Position numbers and translations under genes: made by a program. DNA of 64,000 nt from Candidatus Poribacteria bacterium (GTDB lineage Bacteria; Poribacteria; WGA-4E; WGA-3G), in assembly GCA_965261125.1 (NCBI GenBank), contig CBDHCS010000003.1, forward strand, positions 460,801 through 524,800. Direction: 5' to 3'. The notes beneath the pieces were generated by a model. That model made no database searches. It was not told the DNA's origin and saw only the letters and a list, made by a program, of their open reading frames with translations. This document shows positions 18,026 through 28,687 of this stretch, piece by piece. The first letter of the stretch is position 1; each line of letters opens with the position of its first letter.

Positions 18026-20599
18026 CTACTTCGTTAAATCCCATAAAATTACTGTGCTGTCTCTACAGCAACTCGCGAGCGTTTTGCCATTTGGAGAAAA
18101 GACTATAGAATTAATACCACTTATATGCCCCTTTAAAGTTTTCAGAAGTTTTCCTGTAGCAACATCCCACAAAAGTATTTCATCCTGAACACCTACACTT
18201 GCCAGCGTGTTGCCATCTGGTGAAAGGACAGCATAAACAATATAATAATCTTTTGCTTTTAAGTGTGTGATAGATTTTTGCTCTGCAGTTGTAACATCCC
18301 AAAACTTGATTTTCCCGGCGTCGTCTGCGGTTACAAGGATTGTCCCATCAGGGGAAAAATCTATAGAATTAACATCAACATCTGCTTTCATTTTTATAGT
18401 ATTCAACAGTTCACCCGTTGCAACATCCCGAAAACGAATTGTTTCATCGTCTTCGATACTGGCTAAAATCTCTCCATTGGGTGAAAATAAAACTGTGCTA
18501 ACATGCGGTGCATGCTTTTTAAAGGTTTTTAAGTGTTTTCCCGTGTGGGCATTCCACAATCGGATTGTCCCGTCCCAACTTCCACTTGCAAGGGTTTGTC
18601 CATCTGGACTAAAGGCTACCGAGGATACGCCATCTGTATGTCCTTTGAGAACTCCTCTTTTTTTCCATTCGCTAACATTCCATAGTACCGTTTTATCCAT
18701 AGTTCCACAAGCGAGTGTCTCCCCATCTGAAGAATACGCGATTGCCCTTATTGACCCTTTCACAGAAAGTGTTTTTGTGGAAAGTGTTTTTATGAGTTTT
18801 TGCGTTTCTAAATCCCAAATACGTACGATATTGTCTAAACTTGCTAATGTCCTCCCATCAGGAGAGTATGCTACAGAACTGACAACATCAGAATATCCGG
18901 TGATTGTCTTTTCAAGTTCACCAGTATTCACATCCCAGAAATATATTTCATCACAGGTTTTAACGGCAAGTGTCTGTCCATCTGGTGAAAATAGAAAACC
19001 AGTAACCCACTCTGCATGTCCAGGCATTTTGAGATCATGTAATAACTCTCCTGTGTCAGCATCAAATAGTAGGACTGTTGCTTCTCCATAATCCTCACTA
19101 CATGCAAATATTCTTCCATCCGGAGAATACTGCACAACCTCAAGCTTTCTATCCTGTTTTATTGTTTTCAGTTGCTCACCGGTATGGGGGTTCCACAGTC
19201 GGATATTTTCATCGGAATTAACACTCACAAGTGTTCTCCCATCTTTTGAAAAGTCAATAGAAAAAGCATTTTCTGTCCAAGTTGTGAGTATGCGCAAAAA
19301 TTCGCCAGTCCGTGCATTCCATAGACAGACATTGTTATCTCCTCCTTGACTGACAAGGACCTCTCCATCTGGAGAATACTTCAGAAAATCGACAATATTT
19401 GCGTGTGCTGCGAAGGTTAACTGTAGTTCAGCAGTGGTAACATCCCATAAACGGATTACTTCATCATTACCGCCACTTGCAAGTGTGCTACCATCTGGAT
19501 TGAATGCTAACGTCTTGATTGGAGCTGTATGTCCTATGAGAGTTGATTTTAATTCACCTGTGTCACCATCCCATAAACAGATGCCGTCTTCACCAGGACC
19601 TGCCAGTGTTTTCCCATCAGGACTGAAAATAGGGAAAATAGGAGAATCTATCCCCTCTGTAAGTACAGCTTTAGATTCACCAGTGACTGCATCCCATAAA
19701 CGAATAGTATCGTCTCCGCGGTATCCTTTACTTAAACTTGCCAGTGTCTTCCCATCAGGACTGAAAACAACGCTACGGGCATAATACGTATGTCCAGTTA
19801 CATAACCAGTATGTCCAGTTAACAGATTGATTTCCTCACCGGTTGTGACATCTATCAACCAGATACCGATTGTACTTGCTAAAGCAAGGCGGGTGCCATC
19901 TGGCGAATAAGCAAAATCAAATACATAGCCTTTCCCGAACCGTGTTATTGCGTCTTTCGGTAGATAGTTTTCAATATAATTCTCAAGATTGTGCGATCGA
20001 ACGGATTCTAACAACATAATATCTCCTTGTTGCGGTTCAACGCCAAACTCCTTACGCAGGAGTGAGCGAACTTCTCTTAATCTTGTTTTGACTGTGCCTA
20101 TAGCTAAGTTAAGTTCGTGGGCAATGTCTTTGACACTCCATGATTCAAGGTAGTACAGGACCGCGATGGGACGTACCCGATGTGGAAGGTGATGCACCGC
20201 CTCTCTGGCATCTGCGCGTAATTGTGCTGCCTGATAACGTGTAGGGGCATCTTGGTCAATATGTTCGGCTAAATCCGCATCGCTTTGTGGGATTTCGTCT
20301 TGTGAACGGCGATGAGAAGAATAATACCTATTGCACGCGTTATATGCAATGCGTCGCAGCCACGCACCAAAACTATCTATTTTCCGGAGACCCCCTATGT
20401 TTTCCCACACTGCCATCCAGATGTCAGTCCGAATTTCTTCCGCATCCCGGTGTTGCCTTGATTTTGAGACAACGATACGCCAAATACGTGGTGTCCAACG
20501 GGACATAAGTTCCGCAAATGCCGCTTCATCGCGGTTTTGTACAAGACATATCAATTCATCGTCTTCAAGGTCACTGAGATCTATCAAATCATTGTTCAT
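18026..20599 (-). CDS. ECF-type sigma-70 factor fused to C-terminal WD40 propeller (soluble)
   Basis: The N-terminus has sigma-70 region 2 (FAELMSRWTPRIWRIV...) and a region 4 helix-turn-helix (DIAHELNLAIGTVKTRLREVRSLL). It is followed by YLPKDAITRFGKG plus more than 12 WD repeats. No TM segment is present. Confidence 0.85.
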   Translation of the reverse strand: MNNDLIDLSDLEDDELICLVQNRDEAAFAELMSRWTPRIWRIVVSKSRQHRDAEEIRTDIWMAVWENIGGLRKIDSFGAWLRRIAYNACNRYYSSHRRSQDEIPQSDADLAEHIDQDAPTRYQAAQLRADAREAVHHLPHRVRPIAVLYYLESWSVKDIAHELNLAIGTVKTRLREVRSLLRKEFGVEPQQGDIMLLESVRSHNLENYIENYLPKDAITRFGKGYVFDFAYSPDGTRLALASTIGIWLIDVTTGEEINLLTGHTGYVTGHTYYARSVVFSPDGKTLASLSKGYRGDDTIRLWDAVTGESKAVLTEGIDSPIFPIFSPDGKTLAGPGEDGICLWDGDTGELKSTLIGHTAPIKTLAFNPDGSTLASGGNDEVIRLWDVTTAELQLTFAAHANIVDFLKYSPDGEVLVSQGGDNNVCLWNARTGEFLRILTTWTENAFSIDFSKDGRTLVSVNSDENIRLWNPHTGEQLKTIKQDRKLEVVQYSPDGRIFACSEDYGEATVLLFDADTGELLHDLKMPGHAEWVTGFLFSPDGQTLAVKTCDEIYFWDVNTGELEKTITGYSDVVSSVAYSPDGRTLASLDNIVRIWDLETQKLIKTLSTKTLSVKGSIRAIAYSSDGETLACGTMDKTVLWNVSEWKKRGVLKGHTDGVSSVAFSPDGQTLASGSWDGTIRLWNAHTGKHLKTFKKHAPHVSTVLFSPNGEILASIEDDETIRFRDVATGELLNTIKMKADVDVNSIDFSPDGTILVTADDAGKIKFWDVTTAEQKSITHLKAKDYYIVYAVLSPDGNTLASVGVQDEILLWDVATGKLLKTLKGHISGINSIVFSPNGKTLASCCRDSTVILWDLTK

Positions 20600-21048
20600 A
20601 AACAGATTTCTAATTCGGTTTTAATATAAAGAGGCAGGTTTTCAAGGAGAGGGTTTAAAAAAATGCAAAAATTATATTTTTCGGAAGAATTACCAGTCTT
20701 AAAGGGCATCTTATGAATAGGATCTATTGGGTTGTCTCTGTCCAACTTATATTAACAGGACTTACGCAAATTCAAGTATCCCTGTTTAGAATTTTGTCCT
20801 TTCACGGATATTAACCCTGATTTTTTGTCCTTTTCAAGGTTTTACCCCCCTTTATCCCCCCGCAAGCGGGGGGAATGCGTGAGTCCTGATTAAATTACCG
20901 GGATTTATCTTTTTCCGGACGGTGAATCAATGCCAAATGCGCTTTTGGCATTTAGGCGGGTGCGGTTTCCTAACCAATTCAGAATACCGAACGCGTATTC
21001 TGACATACCCATAGGCATCAACTTAAGGAATTTTGATTTTGAGTCCAT

Positions 21049-21277
21049 CTCTTCAGTCCCGTAGGGACGATATGTTTATAGAATTATGTTCAACTACCTC
21101 TTCAGTCCCGTAGGGACGATATGTTTATGGACCTGTTATTGGCATCTACATATCGTTCCTACGGAACTCAAGAGGGGTGGTGACAGCGTTTTTCTATAAA
21201 CATATCGTCCCTACGGGACTAAGAGAATAGGGATAACACGTGCTACTATAAACATATCATCCCTACGGGACTAAAAG
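21049..21277. repeat. array of five ~30-bp repeats (CTCTTCAGTCCCGTAGGGACGATATGTTTAT) with 17-22-bp spacers: two forward copies, then three reverse-complement copies
   Basis: Copies at 21049-21080, 21098-21128, 21148-21174 (divergent), 21196-21225 and 21248-21277. Each contains a GTCCC-gta-GGGAC mini-palindrome. Confidence 0.8.
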
Positions 21278-21427
21278 TCGGGACACTCTCAATCCTAATG
21301 CCTATTGAACCGGGTTTATAGAACAAGAAATATTGTCTTAAATTGACATTTATGGCAATTTGTCTATTAGAAATGGTACTACAAACTGAATAGGGATAAT
21401 GGAAATGGAGATATCAGCACAAATTAG

Positions 21428-23423
21428 TTATTGATCACGGACCAATTTTGTGAGATCCCACAACAGAATTGTGCCATCAGAACTCACGCTTGCAAGCGTT
21501 TCACCATCTGGAGAAAACACAACAGCGTTGACGCTCTGTGTATGTCCGATAAGGGTTTGAAGACGTTCCCTCGTTTGTGCACTCCAGAGGTGGACAGCGT
21601 TGTCGTTTTCAGTCCCACTTGCGAGTGTTTCCCCATTTGGAGAATATGCCAAAGAAGTTACTTGTCCTGCTTCTTCAATTGGCGGAAGCATCAAATCGCC
21701 TGTATTAGCGTTCCATAATCGGATAGTGCCATCCGCACTTCCACTGGCAAGTGTTTTGCTATCTGGGGAATACACTACATCAGTAACAGACTCTTCATGT
21801 CCTGTGAGTGCCCTAAGATGCGTGCGGGTGTCTATGTACCAAAGTTGAATTGTTTTGTCATGGCTGCCACTTGCAAGTGAAGTGCCATCAGGTGAAAATG
21901 CCACTGCAGTGACTCTGTCCGTATGTTCGGTAAAGGTTGCCAAACGTTCACCAACCGGATATAATTCACCTGAACGAATTTCCCATAAACAGACCATATT
22001 GTCTTCACTACCGTCTTTCTTGACAGCATTTCTGGGGCCTCTTCCTCCCACCTCCGCTGGCAAGCGTCCTGCCATCGGGCGAAAACGCTACGGAAGAAAC
22101 CTGATACTTATATCCGTCAGTAACCCTGTCCTTATGCCCCTTAAAACTGCCGAGGAACCGTCCGCTCTGCACGTCCCACAAACGCGCTTTCATAGAAGTA
22201 CCACCAGTTGCAAGTAGCTTTGCATCGGAAGAATATGCAATTGAATGGACATCACAACTCGGTTCTTTGATCGTTTTTAGATGTTCACCCGTCTGTGGAT
22301 TCCACCATTGGATTTTGGACTCACCCCCACAAGCAAGTGTGTTACCATCAACGGAATATGCCACAGAATAAATTTTTGAGGAAGCATGTCCGGCTATCGT
22401 TTTTATTAAATCACCAGTAGCAGCATCCCAGAACCCTATCGTGCCATCGTCACTTCCACTTGCAATTGTCTTTTCATCAGGGGAATATGTCACAGAATTG
22501 ACCGTGTCAGCATGCCCCATGCTTTTCAAAAGTTTTGCCATGCTAACATCCCAAATATCAACTCTGTCCCAATAACTACCTGAAATGAGAGTGCGTCCAT
22601 CAGATGAAAACTCCATAGACTCAAAATTACCTATCCACTCTGTGTGGCTTTTTAGGAGTTTGGCTGTTTCTACATCCCAAAATTGAAGTGGACCTTCACC
22701 ACCGCAAGCCAAAATCTTGCAATCATGTGAAACTGAGACAGCATTGAAATTCTCTTCAATTAGAACATCTTTTAAATGATCACCGGTTTTTGCATCCCAG
22801 TACTCGATATAGAATTCGTATTTGTCCCAATTTCCGATTGTGAGGATCATCGTTCCATCAGGAGAATATGTCATCGCCAACACTGGAGAAGCATCAGACT
22901 TTATAGTTTTCAGAAGCTCTCCGGTTTGCGCGTCCCAAATATGTGTATTCCACAGATCACAGTGACTGGCAAGTGTTTCCCCAGTAGGGCTAAACGCAAT
23001 TAAATTAATACCGTCTTTACGGCTACTGTTGTCTTTCTGTCCAATACAGGTCGCTTTATGTTTACCTGTACTTGTGTCCCACAATCGAATAGTGTAATCT
23101 TCACTACCCGTGGCTAAAGTTTTACCATCAGGACTGAAGGCTATTGACTTAACCGGGGCTGTGTGTCCTGTAAGCAGGTCAAGTACTTCTCCTGTTTGAA
23201 CATCATAAATCCAGATACCGATAGAAGTCGCGACTGCCAGCCGTTTGCCATCAGGAAAATATTTTATCTGATGTATTCTGCCTTTTCCGAGTCGTGCTTT
23301 GACACCTGCAGGTAAGCCTAAGCGGGTATGGTTTTGAGAGAAAGCGGTTGCAGACAAAAAAATTAACAGATAGAATGTAGAGATTAGCGGTCCAAAAGTC
23401 AGAACGATGTTTAATATTTTCAT
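21428..23423 (-). pseudogene. WD40-repeat protein with N-terminal signal/TM, disrupted by a 43-nt frameshifting insertion (~22010-22052)
   Basis: Two overlapping ORFs (22008-23477 and 21428-22075) rejoin into an in-frame LASGSEDNMVCLW repeat if 43 nt are removed. An AAGGAG ribosome-binding site precedes ATG 23423 (MKILNIV...). Confidence 0.65.
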
Positions 23424-23477
23424 ACAATTTAAACTCCTTTGAAGATTGTGTCTGTTGTCTATATTATGCAATGGCAC

Positions 23478-26219
23478 TTACTGCGGAACATCCCATAGTA
23501 GAACTGTGCTGTCCCATCCGCCAGTGGCAAGGGTGCGTCCGTCTGGTGAATATCTGATAAAATAGACACCTTCTGACCTATTACTTCTTTTATGTCCGAT
23601 GGCAAAAGTCTGAATAACTTTACAAGTCTCTGCATCACAAAACGATAATTTACCGTCCGAATCAATGCCAACAATTGTACGTCCATCTGGCGAATATGTC
23701 CGAAAGTATGTTTTTTCTTCTGATGTAATGGTTTTCAGCGGTTCATCACTATTCCTATGCCAAAACTGGATAATGCGACTTCCGAAGTCAATGCTTACAA
23801 ACTTTTCCCAGTACGGTGAAAGTACAATTGTGTCCGCCTTAATGTCCTTTACGGTTCCACCGGTAGCGATGTCCCAAAAACGTGTTCCCGAATCACTTGT
23901 ACTGACAAGCATCTTTCCATCAGGTGAAAACGCTAAAGTTCTGACAAAATCGCTGTGCCAATCAAGTATTTTTAAGGTTTCACCTGTAGACACTTCCCAT
24001 AAGTGAATAGCACCGTAAGAGTCTCCACTTGCAAGTATCTGTCCATCAGGACTAAACGCTACCGATTCAGCACCATCCTTGTTGTGTCCTGTGAAAACGC
24101 GTCCGTGTTCACCTGTTTTAGTATTCAAAAGAAAAACCGTATCATATTCGTCCGGTCCACCCCCGCATGCAAGCGTTACGCCATCTGGAGCATAAGCGAT
24201 ACAAGTGATACTAATGGAACCCGGAGAGTAGATCTTTTTTAGTTTGCCAGTGTGCGGATCCCATAATCGCAGACTTGGACCGGTGCTTACAGTAGCAAGT
24301 GTATTTCCATCTGGTGAATATGCCATATCACGAAACATTTCTGCGTAGCCAGTCAATGTTCGTATCGGATCAGTGGTAGCCACATCCCAAAACCGAATTG
24401 TACCGTCACTGCCTGCATTTACCAATGTCCTACCATCCGAGGAGAACACTATATGATGGGTTGTTTCTGGTGGACTTTTAATAGTTTTTAGACGTTCGCC
24501 TGTAGCTACGTCCCAAAACTGAATCATATCATCTTTGTAGTTGTTGCTGACAAGTGTTTTTCCATCGGGGCTAAACATTACTGAATTAACGCCACCGGAA
24601 TCTGTTGTAGCAGTTAAGGTTGTCTTAAGCTGTCCGGTATGATATTCCCAGAATCGAATTATCCCATCCTCTCCGGCACTTGCTAAAGTTTTGCCATCAG
24701 GTGAATATGCGATGGAATAAACATCTCCCTTATACCCAGTAATTGAGCGAAGGAATTCTCCAGTGTGTGCATCCCACAGATGAATCATTTCATCCATGCC
24801 GTGGCTGGCAAGAATTTCACCATCTGGCGAATACATCACTTCGGAGACACTACCTGCATGTCCAGCAAAGACAAGAAGTTGTTCACCTGTAGCCACATCC
24901 CACAAACGAATTGTTTCATCTTCACTCCCACTTGCCAGTGTTTTCCCATCAGGATTAAACACTACCGAACTAATACCTTCAGTATGTCCAGTGAGTGTCG
25001 TTCTTAGCTGTCCGGTTTGTGTATCCCACAATAAAATTGTGTTGTCGCTGCCATCGCTTGCTAAAAGTCGGTTATCAGGACTAAAGGCGACTGTTGAAGC
25101 ACTTTCCATGTGTTCTGTGAGTAGGTTAAGTTCTTTACTGGTGTGTGCATCATAAATCCATATACCGATGGTGCCTGCTGCAGCAAGCATTGTACCATCT
25201 GGGGAATACGTCATATCAAATATGTGTCCTTTTCCGAGGCGCGCTTTCGCACCTTCAGGCAATTTCCACTTTGTAGAATCTTGAACAAGGTTATTTTGCA
25301 TAGATGATTTTCCTTTTGCTAATCCGTCATTACTGTTTTTGTCGGAGACAGCATCGCTTCCAACCCGATTTTGCACATCAGGTTTTGATTTGATATTAGG
25401 GATTATCGGTGTCTCAACGATTTCAATTGTGGCTTCAGATTGTGCCTCAAAACTATATGGCAACTGAAACTGAGTGAGGTATTGATTACTCGCGCCTATC
25501 AGTAAAATAACTAATATTAGAGATGAACCTAAAGCACCCAGCGGCAACAACGGTTTACCCACTGAAGGGGATGTCTGTTTTACCTTGGCGATGTCCTGCA
25601 TGATATTTGCAGTTAGATCGGGAGATAACGGAACAGTGCCGAGGGTTTCTTGAATCATGGAAACTTCTTCTCTTAGACGTTTCCGTGCGCGGCTCAACCG
25701 ACTTTTAACCGTGTTCGGTGAAACACCTAAAAATTTGCTAATCGCTTCGCAAGTCATCTCTCCGAGGTAGTGGAGTATTACGACCGTGCGTTCACTTTCT
25801 GGCAGCTTTTCCAAAAGTTTTTGCACGACTTCACGGCGGCGCTCAACTTCCGCCTCTTCACGCTGTTCCGAAATATAACACGTGTATGCTGTTTCTTCTA
25901 ATGTTTCTTGACTCGTCGCTTCAAGGGATTGCACCGGCTGTTTTTTCTTTCGCAGCCACGCGATGCATTGTCTATTAGCGATCACATACAACCATCCGGT
26001 AAATTGGTTCGAGTCTTTCAGAGTTGGCAGTTTTTTGTATACCTGTAGGAAGATGTCTTGTGTAATTTCTTCAGCAATATGGAAATCGCCTATTTTCCGC
26101 CATACAAGCGCGTGAACACTTTTTTGGTATTTTTGGACTAAGGCACTAAAAGCCGCCTCGTCACCGGATAAGATTTTATGAATCAATTCAGCATCGCTTT
26201 TCTTCATTAGGGACCTCAT
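23478..26219 (-). CDS. ECF-type sigma-70 factor fused via TM helix to WD40 propeller
   Basis: The protein has sigma-70 region 2, a region 4 (VSPNTVKSRLSRARKRL) and a TM segment (PLLPLGALGSSLILVILLIGA). These are followed by KLPEGAKARLGKG and WD repeats. This fused architecture was previously reported for Planctomycetes ECF groups. Confidence 0.85.
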   Translation of the reverse strand: MRSLMKKSDAELIHKILSGDEAAFSALVQKYQKSVHALVWRKIGDFHIAEEITQDIFLQVYKKLPTLKDSNQFTGWLYVIANRQCIAWLRKKKQPVQSLEATSQETLEETAYTCYISEQREEAEVERRREVVQKLLEKLPESERTVVILHYLGEMTCEAISKFLGVSPNTVKSRLSRARKRLREEVSMIQETLGTVPLSPDLTANIMQDIAKVKQTSPSVGKPLLPLGALGSSLILVILLIGASNQYLTQFQLPYSFEAQSEATIEIVETPIIPNIKSKPDVQNRVGSDAVSDKNSNDGLAKGKSSMQNNLVQDSTKWKLPEGAKARLGKGHIFDMTYSPDGTMLAAAGTIGIWIYDAHTSKELNLLTEHMESASTVAFSPDNRLLASDGSDNTILLWDTQTGQLRTTLTGHTEGISSVVFNPDGKTLASGSEDETIRLWDVATGEQLLVFAGHAGSVSEVMYSPDGEILASHGMDEMIHLWDAHTGEFLRSITGYKGDVYSIAYSPDGKTLASAGEDGIIRFWEYHTGQLKTTLTATTDSGGVNSVMFSPDGKTLVSNNYKDDMIQFWDVATGERLKTIKSPPETTHHIVFSSDGRTLVNAGSDGTIRFWDVATTDPIRTLTGYAEMFRDMAYSPDGNTLATVSTGPSLRLWDPHTGKLKKIYSPGSISITCIAYAPDGVTLACGGGPDEYDTVFLLNTKTGEHGRVFTGHNKDGAESVAFSPDGQILASGDSYGAIHLWEVSTGETLKILDWHSDFVRTLAFSPDGKMLVSTSDSGTRFWDIATGGTVKDIKADTIVLSPYWEKFVSIDFGSRIIQFWHRNSDEPLKTITSEEKTYFRTYSPDGRTIVGIDSDGKLSFCDAETCKVIQTFAIGHKRSNRSEGVYFIRYSPDGRTLATGGWDSTVLLWDVPQ

Positions 26220-26514
26220 TATACCATGTGCTTACAGTAATTAATGACGCGATTTAAAAGTTGAAAGGTTGCATGATTGTCATAATTGAAACAAATTTGA
26301 ATTCTTTATCTGAAATATTCTATTTTCACTCCGGTCCGGTTAGGAAACCGAACCAGCTGAATCATGCAGAATGCCGGCCGCGCATGAGGCGTTGATTCGT
26401 AGTGTAAGGAAAAAGCAGAAGAGATAACTGCACGATTTTGTGCAAGCGGCGTTGAAAAAGAAGGGGTATGGAACAGCAGTCTGCTGTCCCATAACATTTT
26501 TTGGACTCTGTATT

Positions 26515-28224
26515 TTAAATCACTCGTTTTACATAGACATAATACGCGCCAAGCGTTAATTCGCCTGTTTTATCAGAGAACTGGGTGTGGAGACGTGTTT
26601 GCCCTGCTTTGAGGTTAAACGTAAAGGTTACGCCAACTGCATCAGGATCAATAGATTGTGCCTCTGACTGATCGCCAATACGGATTTGTGCGGTTTTCAA
26701 GTCTAATGCGCGGCCACCGTTGTAAAGGTCAATTTTCTCACCGGGAATCCCCTCTGTAATAGCTCTGTTTTCCTCACGCGGCCAGCGGCGTAATTCAAAA
26801 CTATACTCCCCATCTTCAGGAATCTCAATTGCCCAATATCCGTTGCATTCCATCCCGTTCCGTATAGACCCTTGATTCCAAGCATTTCCACCGCCGTGCC
26901 AATCATGTGTTGTTATACATGCAAGTTGCTCGTTTTGTGTGCCAACGACAATCGGACACTCTTCATCAAACCGTTCTGAGACTAACGTCCACCATGTCTC
27001 ATAATGCTCGCGTAGTTCTGCAACTACTTCGGGATGGTCACCAACGATGTCTTCTCGTTGTTCGGGGTCTGCTTGGATGTCATAAAGTTCTGTGCCATTG
27101 ATAAGTCGCCATCTTTGTGACATTGTGGCACTCTGTCTCCACTTAACAGGGTTTTCAATCCGTTGTGAATCGGTAACAATCACGCGATCTTCCCATTCCA
27201 CCGAGTCATCTTGCAATAACGGTGCAATGCTTTTACCATGGAAACGAGAGGAATCGGACACCTCTAAATCGCAGAGGTCAATTAACGTAGGCAGCAGGTC
27301 GATGTTTGCCGTGAGTTCGTCAACCTCTTTCTTTTGTGAAAAGCCACCTTCTGGCCAATGCATAAAGAGCGGTACACGATGTCCGCCTTCATACGGCGAG
27401 CCTTTTTTGCCGCGCATCCCAGCGTTGTATCCTGACTTGACAAACTGCTGTCCATCCAAATCGCAACCATTAGCAGACCCGTTATCTGTCATGAAGATTA
27501 GGATAGTGTTTTCCTCAAGCGCCAAGACTTTGAGATGATGTCGAAGTCGTGCCATGTTGTCGTCAATGTTGGTAATCATTCCATAAAAACAAGCACGCGA
27601 TTCTGGTTCCCCTTTCCTTCGGTATACCTCGCTATAGGCATCAGGAACACGGAACGGACCGTGCGGCGCATTGGTTGGAATATAGCAGAAAAATGGACGG
27701 TTTTGGTTTCGTTCAATAAACTTCATCCCTTCTTGAAACCAAACATCGGTACAATAACCTTCAAATGGTTGTTCAGACCCGTTGCTAAAGTAGGTATCGT
27801 CAAAATAGTCGTTTCCCCAATAGTCGGGCGTTTGACTGATACCGCCGCCGCCATGATAAAGTGCTTCTTCAAAGCCACGGTCGTGCGGACGGAACGGATA
27901 GTTATCGCCAAGATGCCATTTGCCGAACATGCCGGTTTTATAGCCGTTGCGTCTGAAGATATCTGCCATCGTGACCTCATCGCTTCGCAGAAGTGATCTG
28001 CCTCCGATGGTATGCCACACGCCTGTTGAGTTGCAATAGCGTCCGGTCATGATGCCTGCGCGCGTCGGTGAACAAGTGGGGCCGACATGTAGGTTCCGCA
28101 GTTGCACGCTTTCTCCTGCAAGCGCGTCTAAATTCGGGGTGTTGATAACCGAATTTCCGGTGCATCCTAAATCACCGTAGCCTTGGTCGTCGGTGATAAC
28201 GAAAACTAAGTTAGGTTGTGACAT
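26515..28224 (-). CDS. arylsulfatase-family sulfatase
   Basis: 569 aa with the CSPTR formylglycine motif and GKWHLG. No obvious N-terminal signal peptide. Confidence 0.85.
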   Translation of the reverse strand: MSQPNLVFVITDDQGYGDLGCTGNSVINTPNLDALAGESVQLRNLHVGPTCSPTRAGIMTGRYCNSTGVWHTIGGRSLLRSDEVTMADIFRRNGYKTGMFGKWHLGDNYPFRPHDRGFEEALYHGGGGISQTPDYWGNDYFDDTYFSNGSEQPFEGYCTDVWFQEGMKFIERNQNRPFFCYIPTNAPHGPFRVPDAYSEVYRRKGEPESRACFYGMITNIDDNMARLRHHLKVLALEENTILIFMTDNGSANGCDLDGQQFVKSGYNAGMRGKKGSPYEGGHRVPLFMHWPEGGFSQKKEVDELTANIDLLPTLIDLCDLEVSDSSRFHGKSIAPLLQDDSVEWEDRVIVTDSQRIENPVKWRQSATMSQRWRLINGTELYDIQADPEQREDIVGDHPEVVAELREHYETWWTLVSERFDEECPIVVGTQNEQLACITTHDWHGGGNAWNQGSIRNGMECNGYWAIEIPEDGEYSFELRRWPREENRAITEGIPGEKIDLYNGGRALDLKTAQIRIGDQSEAQSIDPDAVGVTFTFNLKAGQTRLHTQFSDKTGELTLGAYYVYVKRVI

Positions 28225-28406
28225 AATAATAATAATATCTCCTTTATTTTATCTGCCATAAGTGCATCTTGGTGAAATTTAACTACGTAGGTTTAGGTAG
28301 AGCAAGCAAACCCAAAATTAACGCTGTAAATGCGCTTTTAGCATTCAGCGGGTGTCAATTTAGCAGTCCTCTAACCTCGGTAGGTAAGGTTCTCTAACCG
28401 CATTTT

Positions 28407-28500
28407 TTGTCTGAACCAAGATTTACAGGATTGAGAGCATCTACATAAATAAGATTAATCCTAAAATCCGATAATCTTGCAAATCCTGGTTCAGACAAAT
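28407..28500. repeat. inverted pair of AATCCTGGTTCAGACAA-family repeats
   Basis: TTGTCTGAACCAAGATTTACAGGATT at 28407 and AATCCTAAAATCCGATAATCTTGCAAATCCTGGTTCAGACAA at 28459. Other family members are at 3133-3160 and 40141-40318. Confidence 0.65.
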
Positions 28501-28687
28501 AGTGGAACACCGATAATCATTAACTCACTGAGAAAAAGGCACAATAAATTGCGCGACTACAATACTGATATTCTTAAAATCTGTCAAATGCCATGCGCGC
28601 ATTTCGCGTAATCAGTGCAATCTGCGAAAATCCGTGATTCAGAACAGTAATCGAACGGACAAAGCCCTTCTACAAGAAAGAATTACC

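Noticed and set aside
21049-21277. Possible CRISPR array
   Set aside because: The repeats occur in both orientations. Spacers are only 17-22 bp and one copy is divergent. No cas genes are nearby. This is an inverted/direct palindromic repeat cluster, not a CRISPR.
21428-23477. Two independent WD40 genes (22008-23477 and 21428-22075)
   Set aside because: The overlapping ORFs rejoin into one continuous WD repeat when a 43-nt insertion is removed. They are treated as one disrupted gene.
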